Below are positions 7,697 to 16,449 of a stretch of DNA of 64,000 nucleotides, piece by piece. The notes below the pieces were generated by a model, which was not told the origin of the DNA, did not search any database, and saw only the letters and a program-made list of their open reading frames with translations. Positions within the stretch are counted from its first letter, which is position 1, and each line of letters begins with the position of its first letter. The position numbers and the translations under genes are program-made. The DNA lies in IMG/VR virus record IMGVR_UViG_3300046616_000242, positions 9,947-73,946 of that record, one strand, 5' to 3'. The DNA is from a virus.

Positions 7697-8671
7697 CTAG
7701 AAGAGCGAGCCCTGGCCGGGGGCCGGGGGCTTCTTCGACTTCTTGCGCTCATTGACGGAGTCGGTGAGCATCGAGTGCCACTCACTCGCCGAAGGAGCCT
7801 TGGGAGCGGCCTTCTTACGCGCCGCGCTCGGCTTGGGCGTCAGGTCGTCGAACGACATCTGGCCCTTGCCTGGCCCCGGCTGGACCGGCTTGTCCTCCCG
7901 CTGCCGGACGGCCTTGACCTTCGGCCCGGACTCGCCCGGGGGGAACAGGCCGCGCTGTACGCCCTTGCCGACACCACCGGCAGAAGGCTGGGGGGCCGCC
8001 TGCACCACAGGGGTGGAGTTCGTACGCGCCGGGCGGGGAGCAGCCTTGGCGGCCGGAGCGAAGTTGCCCTGGCTGAACTGCTGCGGGCTCTGGACCGGGG
8101 ACACCTCGGCGGGCGAGGCACCTCCCGGCTTGGGCCGGATGCCGATCTTGCGGGCGCCGCGCGAGCCGTCGGGGTTGTAGGTCGGGTAGGTGCGGATCTG
8201 GTGACCCTGGCCGTGGTCTCGCCACTCCGCCTGGCCGCCGGGCGCCGGGGACGGGCTGGCGGTCGACTTGGCACCCGCGCCGAAGGTGTCGTTGTAGGCG
8301 GCCCAGCCACCGGACTCCGACGGCTTCTTCTGCGCCTGGATGGCGTCCATGCGCTGGTTGAAGGTGTGCAGCAGGTCGGTCCCAGCGGTGGAGTGCTGCG
8401 CGTGCCAGCCGTAGGAGTCCGAGACGTGGTCCTCGCCGACGCGCTTGATCTCCTCGCGGGCGGCCGGAGACGCCTGCGGGGCGGGCGCCTGGCTCTTCTG
8501 GCCCTTGACGCGGATCTTGATGCGGGAGTTGGCGGGCTGCTGGCCCTGCTTGGCGTTCTCCAGGTCGTCCAGGCGCTGCTCGACGGAGCGGTGGGCGCCG
8601 GGGAACTGGAGCGGGCTCAGCCAGCGCTCCTTGAACTTGCTGGTGATCGCGTGTATGCCATCGACGCTCAT
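7697..8671 (-). CDS. Low-complexity Pro/Gly/Gln/Lys-rich protein with QxxLF-like motifs
   Basis: ATGA-coupled start MSVDGIHAI; QRGLF, QMSF and terminal QGSLF. Confidence 0.75.
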   Translation of the reverse strand: MSVDGIHAITSKFKERWLSPLQFPGAHRSVEQRLDDLENAKQGQQPANSRIKIRVKGQKSQAPAPQASPAAREEIKRVGEDHVSDSYGWHAQHSTAGTDLLHTFNQRMDAIQAQKKPSESGGWAAYNDTFGAGAKSTASPSPAPGGQAEWRDHGQGHQIRTYPTYNPDGSRGARKIGIRPKPGGASPAEVSPVQSPQQFSQGNFAPAAKAAPRPARTNSTPVVQAAPQPSAGGVGKGVQRGLFPPGESGPKVKAVRQREDKPVQPGPGKGQMSFDDLTPKPSAARKKAAPKAPSASEWHSMLTDSVNERKKSKKPPAPGQGSLF

Positions 8672-8958
8672 GGTCGTGTGTCCCTTCGGACGAAGTAGAG
8701 GTAGCGGTGCGCGGCGAGGAGGGAGAAGAGGAAGCCGACGTTGATCCAGGACCGGCCGGACGAGGGCGAGGTCCAGAAGACGGCGCAGAAGACGGCGACG
8801 TTGGCGCTGTAGAGGAACAGGGCGGCGGACAGCCACTTCTCTGCGGCGCCGAGCTGGCGCCAGACGGGGATGGAGGCCCGCAGCAGCAGGGCCGAGAACG
8901 CGGCGCCGACGGCCGCGTTGAGGATGCGGGTAATAGTGATCACCAGGGCGACGGTCAC
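8668..8958 (-). CDS. Small membrane protein (about 3 TM helices)
   Basis: GTGA-coupled start; hydrophobic segments. Confidence 0.7.
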   Translation of the reverse strand: MTVALVITITRILNAAVGAAFSALLLRASIPVWRQLGAAEKWLSAALFLYSANVAVFCAVFWTSPSSGRSWINVGFLFSLLAAHRYLYFVRRDTRP

Positions 8959-9449
8959 AGGATCTCCATGTGTGGTCTCGGGTCTTCTTCGCGTAGTGCT
9001 CGTTGCCGCTCGACCTCGCCGACCAGTTCGGACCAGGGCGTGACGGTGTCGCGGTAGTCCGGCCGGAAGCGCGGGGAGGAGTAGTTGGGGTGCAGGTAGT
9101 TGAGGACCCCGACGCCCTGGGACATGACGTGCGCGGCGATCTGCGGATTGGGTTCGACCAGCAGCTCGACGTTGCATCCGGCCTGCCGAAGGCGTCCGAT
9201 CTGCCGCATGCGGCGCTCGGCGGGGTCCTCGGGGTCCAGGGGGTTGGCGGGGATCAGGTAGGGGTGCTTGTTGAAGCCGTTGACCTTCAGCCAGTACTGG
9301 ACCGGCTCGATGTCCTCGCGGTCGCTGATGAGGGCGACCTTGTAGGACTCCATCAGGCCCCAGTACAGGCGCTGGCCCTGGTGGATGACGGCTTCTCCGA
9401 CCTCGCGGGAGAGCACACCTTCGATGACGATGGCGACGGTTGCAGACAT
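8955..9449 (-). CDS. HAD-fold (PNKP phosphatase-like) protein with degenerate catalytic motifs
   Basis: VAIVIEGVL (motif I-like), LISDR (motif II-like), LLVEPNP (motif IV-like). Confidence 0.6.
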   Translation of the reverse strand: MSATVAIVIEGVLSREVGEAVIHQGQRLYWGLMESYKVALISDREDIEPVQYWLKVNGFNKHPYLIPANPLDPEDPAERRMRQIGRLRQAGCNVELLVEPNPQIAAHVMSQGVGVLNYLHPNYSSPRFRPDYRDTVTPWSELVGEVERQRALREEDPRPHMEIL

Positions 9450-9456
9450 GGCGCCG

Positions 9457-10287
9457 TCACCCGTGCTCGTGCTCGTGGAGGCCGGTTCGGTGCTCGGTCT
9501 CGTGCGTCTGGAAGGCGTTCTTGGCGTTCATGTTCGGGCTGTAGCCGTGGTGCTTGACCAGGTGCTCGACGACGTCCTCGGGTGCCGACTTCTTCTTGAT
9601 CTTCGGCAGTTGCTCGGCCTTGAACTGGTCGAGGTTGAGCACCTGGGCGCCGACGTGGGTGTCTCCCCGGCCGCGCGCTTCAGCGAGCCGGTGGTGTGCG
9701 TCCGCGACGTACGGTGTACCGCCCTGGACGACCACCTTGACGTGCGGGTGGTCGGGATCGAGCGGGCCGGTGATGTAGGAGTGGGAGCCGGTCTCGAACG
9801 CGGTCTGGCCGGTGTGCAGCACCGAGCTGGTGCTGATGCTCTGGAACTTGGCGTGCTTGTTCCAGAACGCCTCGTTGCCGTGGCTCATCTGCGGGCCGTG
9901 CTTCTCGTACCAGCGGTCACCGATCTTGGGGTCGACGACGTTGCCGTGGCCGTCCAGGTGCCCGAACTGCTGCGGGTTGTGCGGCGGGCCCATGACCATC
10001 TGCCCCTCGGACTGGGGGTAGCTGGTGCGCTCCTCGTCGTGGATCAGGTCGTGGTCGCGCGGGGAGCCGATGGCGGTGACCTTGGTGTGCATCCCGCCCG
10101 GGTTGGGGGTGGGATGCGGGATATTAAGCGCGCCGGGTTTGTAGTGCGTTTGAAGGTGCAGCGGGGTGTCGCGCGTCAGGTGGTACTGGGCGCGCAGTGC
10201 GTTCTGCTTCTTCGCCTGCGGGGACTTGGTGTCCAGCGGGACCGGCAGTGCGGTCTGCTCGAACTGCGGCCCGAGGGGGTTGGCCAT
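9457..10287 (-). CDS. His-rich protein with a C-terminal ParB/Srx-like domain
   Basis: VKVVVQGGTPYVADAHHRLAEARGRG resembles the ParB DGHHR motif; TGATG coupling. Confidence 0.65.
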   Translation of the reverse strand: MANPLGPQFEQTALPVPLDTKSPQAKKQNALRAQYHLTRDTPLHLQTHYKPGALNIPHPTPNPGGMHTKVTAIGSPRDHDLIHDEERTSYPQSEGQMVMGPPHNPQQFGHLDGHGNVVDPKIGDRWYEKHGPQMSHGNEAFWNKHAKFQSISTSSVLHTGQTAFETGSHSYITGPLDPDHPHVKVVVQGGTPYVADAHHRLAEARGRGDTHVGAQVLNLDQFKAEQLPKIKKKSAPEDVVEHLVKHHGYSPNMNAKNAFQTHETEHRTGLHEHEHG

Positions 10288-11279
10288 CACGACCTCCGGT
10301 AGGGGGTGTTCCAAAGAGCCGCCTTCGCGAGCGCGGTGGCGGCGTCATCGAGTGGAGCCCCGTAGAGGTCGGTCTCCTGCGCCTTGTGGGCCTCGACGTC
10401 CGTTGTGGCCAGGGAGTTCAGGGCCTGGACCGTGCCTGCCTGCTTGTGTGCCTGCCAGCGGAAGTTGTAGTAGTCGCCGTAGCCGGATCCCCCGGGGCCG
10501 AAGGCTTGCTTGCGGCCGATGTGGATGTCGTCGAAGAGGGCCTTGGCCTGCTCGACGACGATCTTCTGGGAGGCCAGGGAGTTGTGCCACGTGGCCGAGT
10601 TCGGGGAGGCGCTGGAGGCCGTCGAGCGCAGGTGGCTGTAGCGCTCGATCAGCGTGCGGGCGTGGGCCTCTTCCGTCTGCACGGCGTCCCACCAGTGCTT
10701 CGGGTACAGGCTGTGGGGGTCGGTGGGCAGGGACGGCGGCCGGATGTCCCAGCGGTCACGGGTGAGGTTGTAGGCGGCGTAGGGGTTGATGGCCGCGATG
10801 GAATTCGACGTGGTTCCGGGGTTCAGGTAGTACGTGACCTCGTAGACCTGGCCATGAAAATCGGTGATCGCGGTGTGCGGCCACAGGTTCTTCTTCAGGT
10901 CCGAGTTCATCAGGTCGGAGAATTCGGCTTCGGAGATTCCCTGGTAGGTGGGGTTCATCTCGTAGAACTTCGGGAAGTCGATTCCGAATAGGACGTCGAG
11001 GTCGCCGTTTCCACGGTCTCCGGCCCACTGGAAGGAGATGCCGGATCCGGCCAGCCAGGCGGCCAGCCAGGTGCGTACGCCCTGGTAGTGGCCGTCGAGG
11101 TAGGTATTAAGGACGCCGAGGATGTGGTCGCGGACGTCCGGCTTGATGTGGTCGCCGTCGAAGATGTGCGGGTCGAGCCCTGCCTGGGGTGTGCTGAAAT
11201 ACCCGGAGGCGCCCGTGTGAATGTCGGGCTGCTGTCCCTGGGTGATTGCGCGATTGAGGTAGAACTCGTATCCGGCCAT
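10287..11279 (-). CDS. Nucleotidyltransferase (Pol beta superfamily)
   Basis: LAGSGIS....GDLDVLFGID (GS..DxD signature). Confidence 0.75.
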   Translation of the reverse strand: MAGYEFYLNRAITQGQQPDIHTGASGYFSTPQAGLDPHIFDGDHIKPDVRDHILGVLNTYLDGHYQGVRTWLAAWLAGSGISFQWAGDRGNGDLDVLFGIDFPKFYEMNPTYQGISEAEFSDLMNSDLKKNLWPHTAITDFHGQVYEVTYYLNPGTTSNSIAAINPYAAYNLTRDRWDIRPPSLPTDPHSLYPKHWWDAVQTEEAHARTLIERYSHLRSTASSASPNSATWHNSLASQKIVVEQAKALFDDIHIGRKQAFGPGGSGYGDYYNFRWQAHKQAGTVQALNSLATTDVEAHKAQETDLYGAPLDDAATALAKAALWNTPYRRS

Positions 11280-11303
11280 GCCTTCGATTCTAGCTGGAAT
11301 AGG

Positions 11304-11351
11304 GAAAGCCCCCAGAATCCAATCCGATATGGAGGGAGACTGGGGGCTTTC
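11304..11351. terminator. Hairpin, probable terminator
   Basis: gaaagcccccag / ctgggggctttc inverted repeat after the stop at 11367. Confidence 0.55.
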
Positions 11352-11366
11352 TAGTTGCTATTTCGT

Positions 11367-11756
11367 TCAGAGTTTCAGGCGGGAGCGCAGCGCGGCTTCC
11401 TGCTGCTGTTGCTGCATGGCCTGGCCCATCATCATCATCGCCTGCTGGGTCCTGGAGGCGGTCTCCATGACCTCAAGGTCCTTCAGCACGACGGAGGCCG
11501 CACCGTAGATGTCGTCGGGGGTGGCGCCGCGCCGGGGGACGAACTGCTGGGTGAGGTCGGAGGTGGCCACGACCGCACCGTCCAGGCCGACAGCGACGAG
11601 GAACGCCGTGGTGACGGGGGTGCCGATCTCGTCCTCGGAGGGCGGGTTCTCCTCGGCCATCCTGGCCAGGGTCTCGCGCTGCTCGGGGGTGAGGTCGTCG
11701 GTATTAAGCGGCTTGTCGGCGCTGCTGGTCTGGCCGAGGATCGGGATGTTGGGCAT
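11367..11756 (-). CDS. Hypothetical protein, 129 aa
   Basis: ORF, GGAG RBS. Confidence 0.75.
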   Translation of the reverse strand: MPNIPILGQTSSADKPLNTDDLTPEQRETLARMAEENPPSEDEIGTPVTTAFLVAVGLDGAVVATSDLTQQFVPRRGATPDDIYGAASVVLKDLEVMETASRTQQAMMMMGQAMQQQQQEAALRSRLKL

Positions 11757-11785
11757 GTAGTGCTCCAGATGTGGTTCGGGTGGGG

Positions 11786-12271
11786 TTACTTGTACATTCC
11801 GGCCTTGCGGCGCGCGGCAGTTACGACCAGGGAGTGCACGGGGCAGAACTCGCAGAGGTAGCGGTCCTGGGCGCTGCTGTACTTCGGCATACCTGCCGCC
11901 TTGCGCTCTGCGGCGGTGTCCGGCGTGAGCCGCTTGGAGGCGGTCTTGTAGTCGTTGCAGCCGGGGTTGCGCAGGTGCTTCTGCCAGCAGGCGTGGGCGT
12001 CTTCCTGGAAGGTGTTCTTGGCGTTGTAGAACGCCGGGTCGAAGCCGGTGTGTCCCGTGTTCTCGCGGATCTTGGCGATGATCGTGTCGCGGGTGGAGGG
12101 GCTGTCCCAGTGCTTCTTCTCCACGCGCAGCAGCGGGTGGGCGATGTGGTCGGGGTGCTTCTGGACCAGGGCTTCGAGGAGGAAGTCCCTGCGCGGGTCG
12201 CCCTCGTAGTCGGGCAGTTCTTCGAGGCTGCCGCAGGTCTTACAGAGCAGGAGCCGTACGTGCTCGGCCAT
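11786..12271 (-). CDS. Cys/His-rich zinc-binding hypothetical protein (MAEHVRLLLCKTC...)
   Basis: CxxC motifs at both ends; start chosen from the RBS. Confidence 0.75.
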   Translation of the reverse strand: MAEHVRLLLCKTCGSLEELPDYEGDPRRDFLLEALVQKHPDHIAHPLLRVEKKHWDSPSTRDTIIAKIRENTGHTGFDPAFYNAKNTFQEDAHACWQKHLRNPGCNDYKTASKRLTPDTAAERKAAGMPKYSSAQDRYLCEFCPVHSLVVTAARRKAGMYK

Positions 12272-12304
12272 GGTGTCCTTCCTCAAGGGGCTGTTCAGGG
12301 ACCA

Positions 12305-12355
12305 AACATAGCATCCCCACTACGCCTTTGGAAGACGTAATGGGGATGCCGTAAC
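12305..12355 (-). promoter_or_regulatory. Promoter TTCCAA-17-TATGTT overlapped by AAGCCGTAAT-like boxes and a hairpin
   Basis: ctacgcctt 12320, aagacgtaat 12332, atgccgtaac 12346; gcatcccca / tggggatgc arms. Confidence 0.6.
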
Positions 12356-12363
12356 GAAGTGGG

Positions 12364-13341
12364 TTACTTGCCGGTCGCCAGGTAGCGGCCGAGCAGCACG
12401 TAGGAGTCACCGGCCGTGGCGCCCTGGACGGACACCTTCTTGCCGGAGACGGCCACCGTGCCGGATTTCGCGTGCGCGTAGCCGAGGGCTGCATTGGCCG
12501 GACCGCCGACCGCGACGACGACGTCACCGGCAGCCAGAGCGGCCTTGGCCACGTCCAGACGGCCAGTGGCGACGGCACCCTTGGGCTGGAACGCGTCAGT
12601 GGCCGCCGCAGCGGTCATGGAGTCGATGTTCTCGCCGAAGATCACCATCGTGTACGCCTTCGCAGGGGTTGGAGCAGGAGGAGGAGTTGGCTTGGACGGA
12701 GCCGGAGGCGCGGGCGGCGCGGGCGGCTTGACGACCTTGGCCGGGATGGCCAGGGCCTTCCAGGTATTAAGGTCCCCGTTCAGCAGGTTCTGGTCGAGGC
12801 CGCCGACGATGCCGTACTGGTGCACGGTCCACGTCGCCCAGCCCTCGGTCAGCGGGTGCCCGGCCGGGTTGTTCGGGTCGGCTACCCACAGCGGGTAGGA
12901 CCGCAGTTCCTTCTTCTGCGCGTCCGAAGCCACACCGAGCAGGCCGGTGAGGTAGGAGGTGTAGGTGTACAGGAGAGGGGACGCCTTCGTCTGCGCCTTC
13001 ACGTACGCCAGGAACTTCAGGGCGTAGTTCAGACGCTGGCTCCAGGAGCCCTCGGACGCCTCCAGGTCGAGCGCCAGGACCTCGCCCGCCTGGGCGCCCG
13101 CAGCAGACAGGAAGTGCTTGGCCTCGCTCACCGCGTCCTGGGTCGGGTGAGCGAAGTGGTAGTGGCCCAGGGGCTTCTTCGCGGCCCGGGTGGCCTTCAC
13201 GATGCTGGCGTGCCGCGTGTCGCCCGTGTGCTCGCCCTCGGACGCCTTGGCGATGATGAAGGCGTTGTTCTTGCTGGCGATGGCCGACGCGATGTGCGCG
13301 GCGTCGTTGTTGTTGGAGAGGTCGACTCCGTGGAGGGACAT
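12364..13341 (-). CDS. Endolysin: GH25 muramidase, Pro-rich linker and C-terminal cell-wall-binding-like domain
   Basis: GVDLSNN, KASEG, GHYHFA, LALDLE, LWVA, VHQY and LDQN are GH25 motifs. Confidence 0.9.
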   Translation of the reverse strand: MSLHGVDLSNNNDAAHIASAIASKNNAFIIAKASEGEHTGDTRHASIVKATRAAKKPLGHYHFAHPTQDAVSEAKHFLSAAGAQAGEVLALDLEASEGSWSQRLNYALKFLAYVKAQTKASPLLYTYTSYLTGLLGVASDAQKKELRSYPLWVADPNNPAGHPLTEGWATWTVHQYGIVGGLDQNLLNGDLNTWKALAIPAKVVKPPAPPAPPAPSKPTPPPAPTPAKAYTMVIFGENIDSMTAAAATDAFQPKGAVATGRLDVAKAALAAGDVVVAVGGPANAALGYAHAKSGTVAVSGKKVSVQGATAGDSYVLLGRYLATGK

Positions 13342-13346
13342 CAGAC

Positions 13347-13595
13347 TCAGAATCCTGCCTGGCTCGGTGGGGTCTGGACGTAGTTGGGGGTGTGCACGGC
13401 CTTGCCGTCGGGGCGGACCTTGACCTCGTCCTCGTGGCGGCCGTACCAGACGTCGTTGAGGTCGACGCGGTGGCGCACGGTGGCCGAGTTGGCAACACCC
13501 AGGCCGCCACGGTCGACGACGATCTTCTTGTACTTGCCGTCGGTGGCGCCCTCGTTCAGTTCCGCGTTCATCGAACGCGAGGGTGCGTACGCCAT
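13347..13595 (-). CDS. Hypothetical protein, 82 aa
   Basis: ORF, TAATG coupling. Confidence 0.7.
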   Translation of the reverse strand: MAYAPSRSMNAELNEGATDGKYKKIVVDRGGLGVANSATVRHRVDLNDVWYGRHEDEVKVRPDGKAVHTPNYVQTPPSQAGF

Positions 13596-13759
13596 TACTT
13601 CGCTCGCTTTCCGTTGCCGTTCTTACCGTCACGCCGGTCGTTGAAAATCGCCAGCGGCCTGGCGGAACCGGTTGATCCCGCCTGCGCCTTCCAGCGCACG
13701 TTGTCCGACATTCCGGCGCGGCGCTTGTCGTCGGCGCGGTGCGTCTTGTGTTTGGACAT
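13595..13759 (-). CDS. Small basic protein, 54 aa (MSKHKTHRADDKRR...)
   Basis: Read manually; TAATG overlaps at both ends. Confidence 0.65.
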   Translation of the reverse strand: MSKHKTHRADDKRRAGMSDNVRWKAQAGSTGSARPLAIFNDRRDGKNGNGKRAK

Positions 13760-14055
13760 TAAAAGCCCCCGATGGTTGGCCTTGAACTACCAGAGTATCC
13801 GCCTTGAGTTCCCGTATAGGAGTTCGTCGAGGGCGAGGGATACACCTTGTCTACCTGGAGCACGTCCTGAATTCCCAGGGCCGTGTCCCTGTATCCGAAC
13901 CTCGGAGGGAAAAGAGGCCGGACGACCGGGGGCGGTGCGCTCTGGAGTGCGAGCACATCGCCCGGGATGTTTGCGACGGAAAGCGCATCCGTGAGAATCC
14001 GCTCAGGGAGGGAATCCCACGGATGCGTCCTGTCGTAGACGGAATCCGCTGGCAC
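13759..14055 (-). CDS. Hypothetical protein, 98 aa
   Basis: ORF tightly packed between neighbours. Confidence 0.65.
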   Translation of the reverse strand: MPADSVYDRTHPWDSLPERILTDALSVANIPGDVLALQSAPPPVVRPLFPPRFGYRDTALGIQDVLQVDKVYPSPSTNSYTGTQGGYSGSSRPTIGGF

Positions 14056-14056
14056 C

Positions 14057-15412
14057 TCAGTGCTCCGGCAGCGTGAACTGGGTGGCGTTCAACTTGTTCG
14101 GGTACGGATTTCCCCGATCCGCCTTCGGACGGTCGTACCAGCCGCCCTTCGGGGCTTCGTGATCCGGATCCGGGTGTCCGACACCCTGGGTATTAAGCCC
14201 GCTGCCCTTGCCGTAGGTATTAAGCGACGCGTCGTGCTTGTCGCCCCGTCGCCGCTTCTCCTCCGACCACTGCGCGGACTGCATGTTCGTGAGGCTGTTG
14301 AGACCCCGCTCGGACATGACGTTCCGGGCGACGTGGTCGTGGAACGCGTGGATGCCCTTGATGCCCATGTAGGCCTGCTGACTCCCGGGACCCTTCTTGG
14401 CCTCCAGGTGCGGAGCGAAGGCACCACCACCGCTGTGCGTGTCCGACACCCAGAACTGCGAGGAGCCATGGGGGTCGACCCACGAGTTGTGATAGGCCGA
14501 GACCTTCTCACCGGCCGTCGGCTTCCACGCGTTCGACAACTGCTTGCCGTTGAGCACCTGGTGCGTCACGTCGATGGCGAGCGCGTGGTTACGCGGGTAG
14601 CCGTTGACCGGGTAGGCGCGGTTGTCGCCTTCCTTCTTCACCAGTTCCGTGGACTTCTGGCCCGTCTTCGAGGTGACGGTCTTCTCGACCTTGTCCTCGC
14701 GTGGCACGTGGTAGTCCGGGTGGTAGTGGTAGTCGTCGCCGGTCTTGCCGGACTTCGCCCACTGGATCGCGTGGCTGGCCGCCTCGTCGTTGGGGTAGAC
14801 GGCCTTGCCGGTCTCCTTGTCCGGCCGCACGAAGACGTTCTGCGGGGACGTGATCGCGTTCGCAGCGGCCTGGACGCCGAAGGGGACGCCGTTCTCCTTG
14901 GCCGACACCTTCAGGCGCGCACGCGGGCTCAGGGAACCATCGCGGGTGTGGTCCTCGGCCGGGCTGTAGAACGAGTCGTGGTGCCCGCCCTCGTGGGCGT
15001 AGGCGCGGTCGACCTGGGCACCCAGCGCGCGGTGCGCCGAGTCGGGGGTGACGCCGAACTTCGCGGCCGAGCGCAGCACGCGGGCCTGCTCGTGCGGGGA
15101 GTAGTCCTCCCAGCGCCGGTTGACCGGCATCATGTCCTTGACCGGGGCCATGGTGTGCTGCCCGTGCCAGACGTCGGATCCCTCGGGGCCCGCGAGTTCC
15201 ATCTGGCCGTGCAGGTTCGGCGCCTTGTCGGTGTTCCCCATCAGGGAGTACGACTGCCGTGGCGTGCGACCGGCACCGGGCTGGTCCTGGATGGTCTTGA
15301 ACCGCTCGGGGTTGGACGCCTCGAACGTCTCGCGCTTGGTGGTGGCGGCCTTCACTTCGCTGTTGTACTTGCGCGTGTCCGCGCCCTTCTGGGCCGGAGT
15401 CTTTCCTGCCAT
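14057..15412 (-). CDS. HhH-GPD DNA glycosylase-like phage protein (DUF7178-like)
   Basis: AITSPQN, NDEAA, KVSAYHNSW, VSDTHS and MQSAQW motifs in the expected order. Confidence 0.55.
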   Translation of the reverse strand: MAGKTPAQKGADTRKYNSEVKAATTKRETFEASNPERFKTIQDQPGAGRTPRQSYSLMGNTDKAPNLHGQMELAGPEGSDVWHGQHTMAPVKDMMPVNRRWEDYSPHEQARVLRSAAKFGVTPDSAHRALGAQVDRAYAHEGGHHDSFYSPAEDHTRDGSLSPRARLKVSAKENGVPFGVQAAANAITSPQNVFVRPDKETGKAVYPNDEAASHAIQWAKSGKTGDDYHYHPDYHVPREDKVEKTVTSKTGQKSTELVKKEGDNRAYPVNGYPRNHALAIDVTHQVLNGKQLSNAWKPTAGEKVSAYHNSWVDPHGSSQFWVSDTHSGGGAFAPHLEAKKGPGSQQAYMGIKGIHAFHDHVARNVMSERGLNSLTNMQSAQWSEEKRRRGDKHDASLNTYGKGSGLNTQGVGHPDPDHEAPKGGWYDRPKADRGNPYPNKLNATQFTLPEH

Positions 15413-15531
15413 TACGACGAACCTGCTCCCTGGGTCTTCTGCGCGTCGCGTTCGGACTGCGCCGGGCTCTTGGGGGTGGCCTTCTTGATCGCCTGGATCT
15501 GGCCCCGGAACTCCTGAGTGCGCACACTCAC
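15412..15531 (-). CDS. Small basic protein, 39 aa
   Basis: GTGA and TAATG overlaps with both neighbours. Confidence 0.55.
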   Translation of the reverse strand: MSVRTQEFRGQIQAIKKATPKSPAQSERDAQKTQGAGSS

Positions 15532-16085
15532 CTCCACTGGTCGGGCGAGTTGTACGGCGACGCGGACGGCAGCAGCTTCTTCAGCCGCTCGCTGCGGACC
15601 GGGTCGATGTCGGCCATGACCTCGGAGATGCCGTATTTCTGCTGAAGGGCGCCCATCTCGGCCGGGGAGAGCGCCTGGTTCTTGCCCATGTGGGCCAGCC
15701 GCTCGGTGACGTCGCCCTTCTGCGTCCACTTCAGGCCCTGGGCCTCGTAGACGAGACCGGCCTGCGGGTTGACCCCGCCCACGTCCGGCCAGAAGTAGTC
15801 GGAGCGGTCGATGACGTCGCCCTTGTGGACACCGCGCTGATAGCTGCGGTCGGTCAGGCGCTTCTGAACGCCCTCCATGACGCGGTCGCGTCGTCTGTCG
15901 TTGATCGTGCCGAGGTAGCCGTCGGGGTAGTCCGCTGAAGGCGTGCGAGCGCCCATAGCAGCGCGCCGGGCGTCCAGTCCGTCGCGGAAGGAGAGAGCAT
16001 CTGTTCCTGCTCCACCATTCGCGCGCACTGGAGCGCCCGGCTGTCCGATGGCGTACGGCGTGTTGTACGACCAGTTGCTGGACAT
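15528..16085 (-). CDS. Hypothetical protein, 185 aa (YPDGYLGTI motif)
   Basis: ORF, codon bias. Confidence 0.75.
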   Translation of the reverse strand: MSSNWSYNTPYAIGQPGAPVRANGGAGTDALSFRDGLDARRAAMGARTPSADYPDGYLGTINDRRRDRVMEGVQKRLTDRSYQRGVHKGDVIDRSDYFWPDVGGVNPQAGLVYEAQGLKWTQKGDVTERLAHMGKNQALSPAEMGALQQKYGISEVMADIDPVRSERLKKLLPSASPYNSPDQWR

Positions 16086-16096
16086 GGCTGCCTACG

Positions 16097-16435
16097 TCAC
16101 GCGCCCTGTCGGTACTGGCGCCGGAGATAAAAGTCCCGGTTGCCGACGGCGCTCGGGACGGTCACGACGTTGCGCTGGACGACCCCGGACTCAGCCGCGT
16201 TGGCCTGGTACAGGATCGCGGTCGGCCGCAGCGAGGCGCCGTTGCGCTCCATGATGTTGGGACGGTGCGAGGCCGTCGCCGACTCCAGGAAGCCGCCCTT
16301 GGACTGGTTCTTCTTCGGGACGGACCGGCCCTTGATCGGCTTGGCCACGTTGCCGAGACGGGAGGCGTCGGTGCCCATGGTCGGACGCAGCGACGGGTTG
16401 TCCGTCGTCACGATGTTGTCCTTCTTCTTCGCCAC
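16097..16435 (-). CDS. Basic hypothetical protein (MAKKKDNIV...)
   Basis: GTG start after an AAGGAG RBS. Confidence 0.7.
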   Translation of the reverse strand: MAKKKDNIVTTDNPSLRPTMGTDASRLGNVAKPIKGRSVPKKNQSKGGFLESATASHRPNIMERNGASLRPTAILYQANAAESGVVQRNVVTVPSAVGNRDFYLRRQYRQGA

Positions 16436-16449
16436 TGCTGGCTCCTTGG

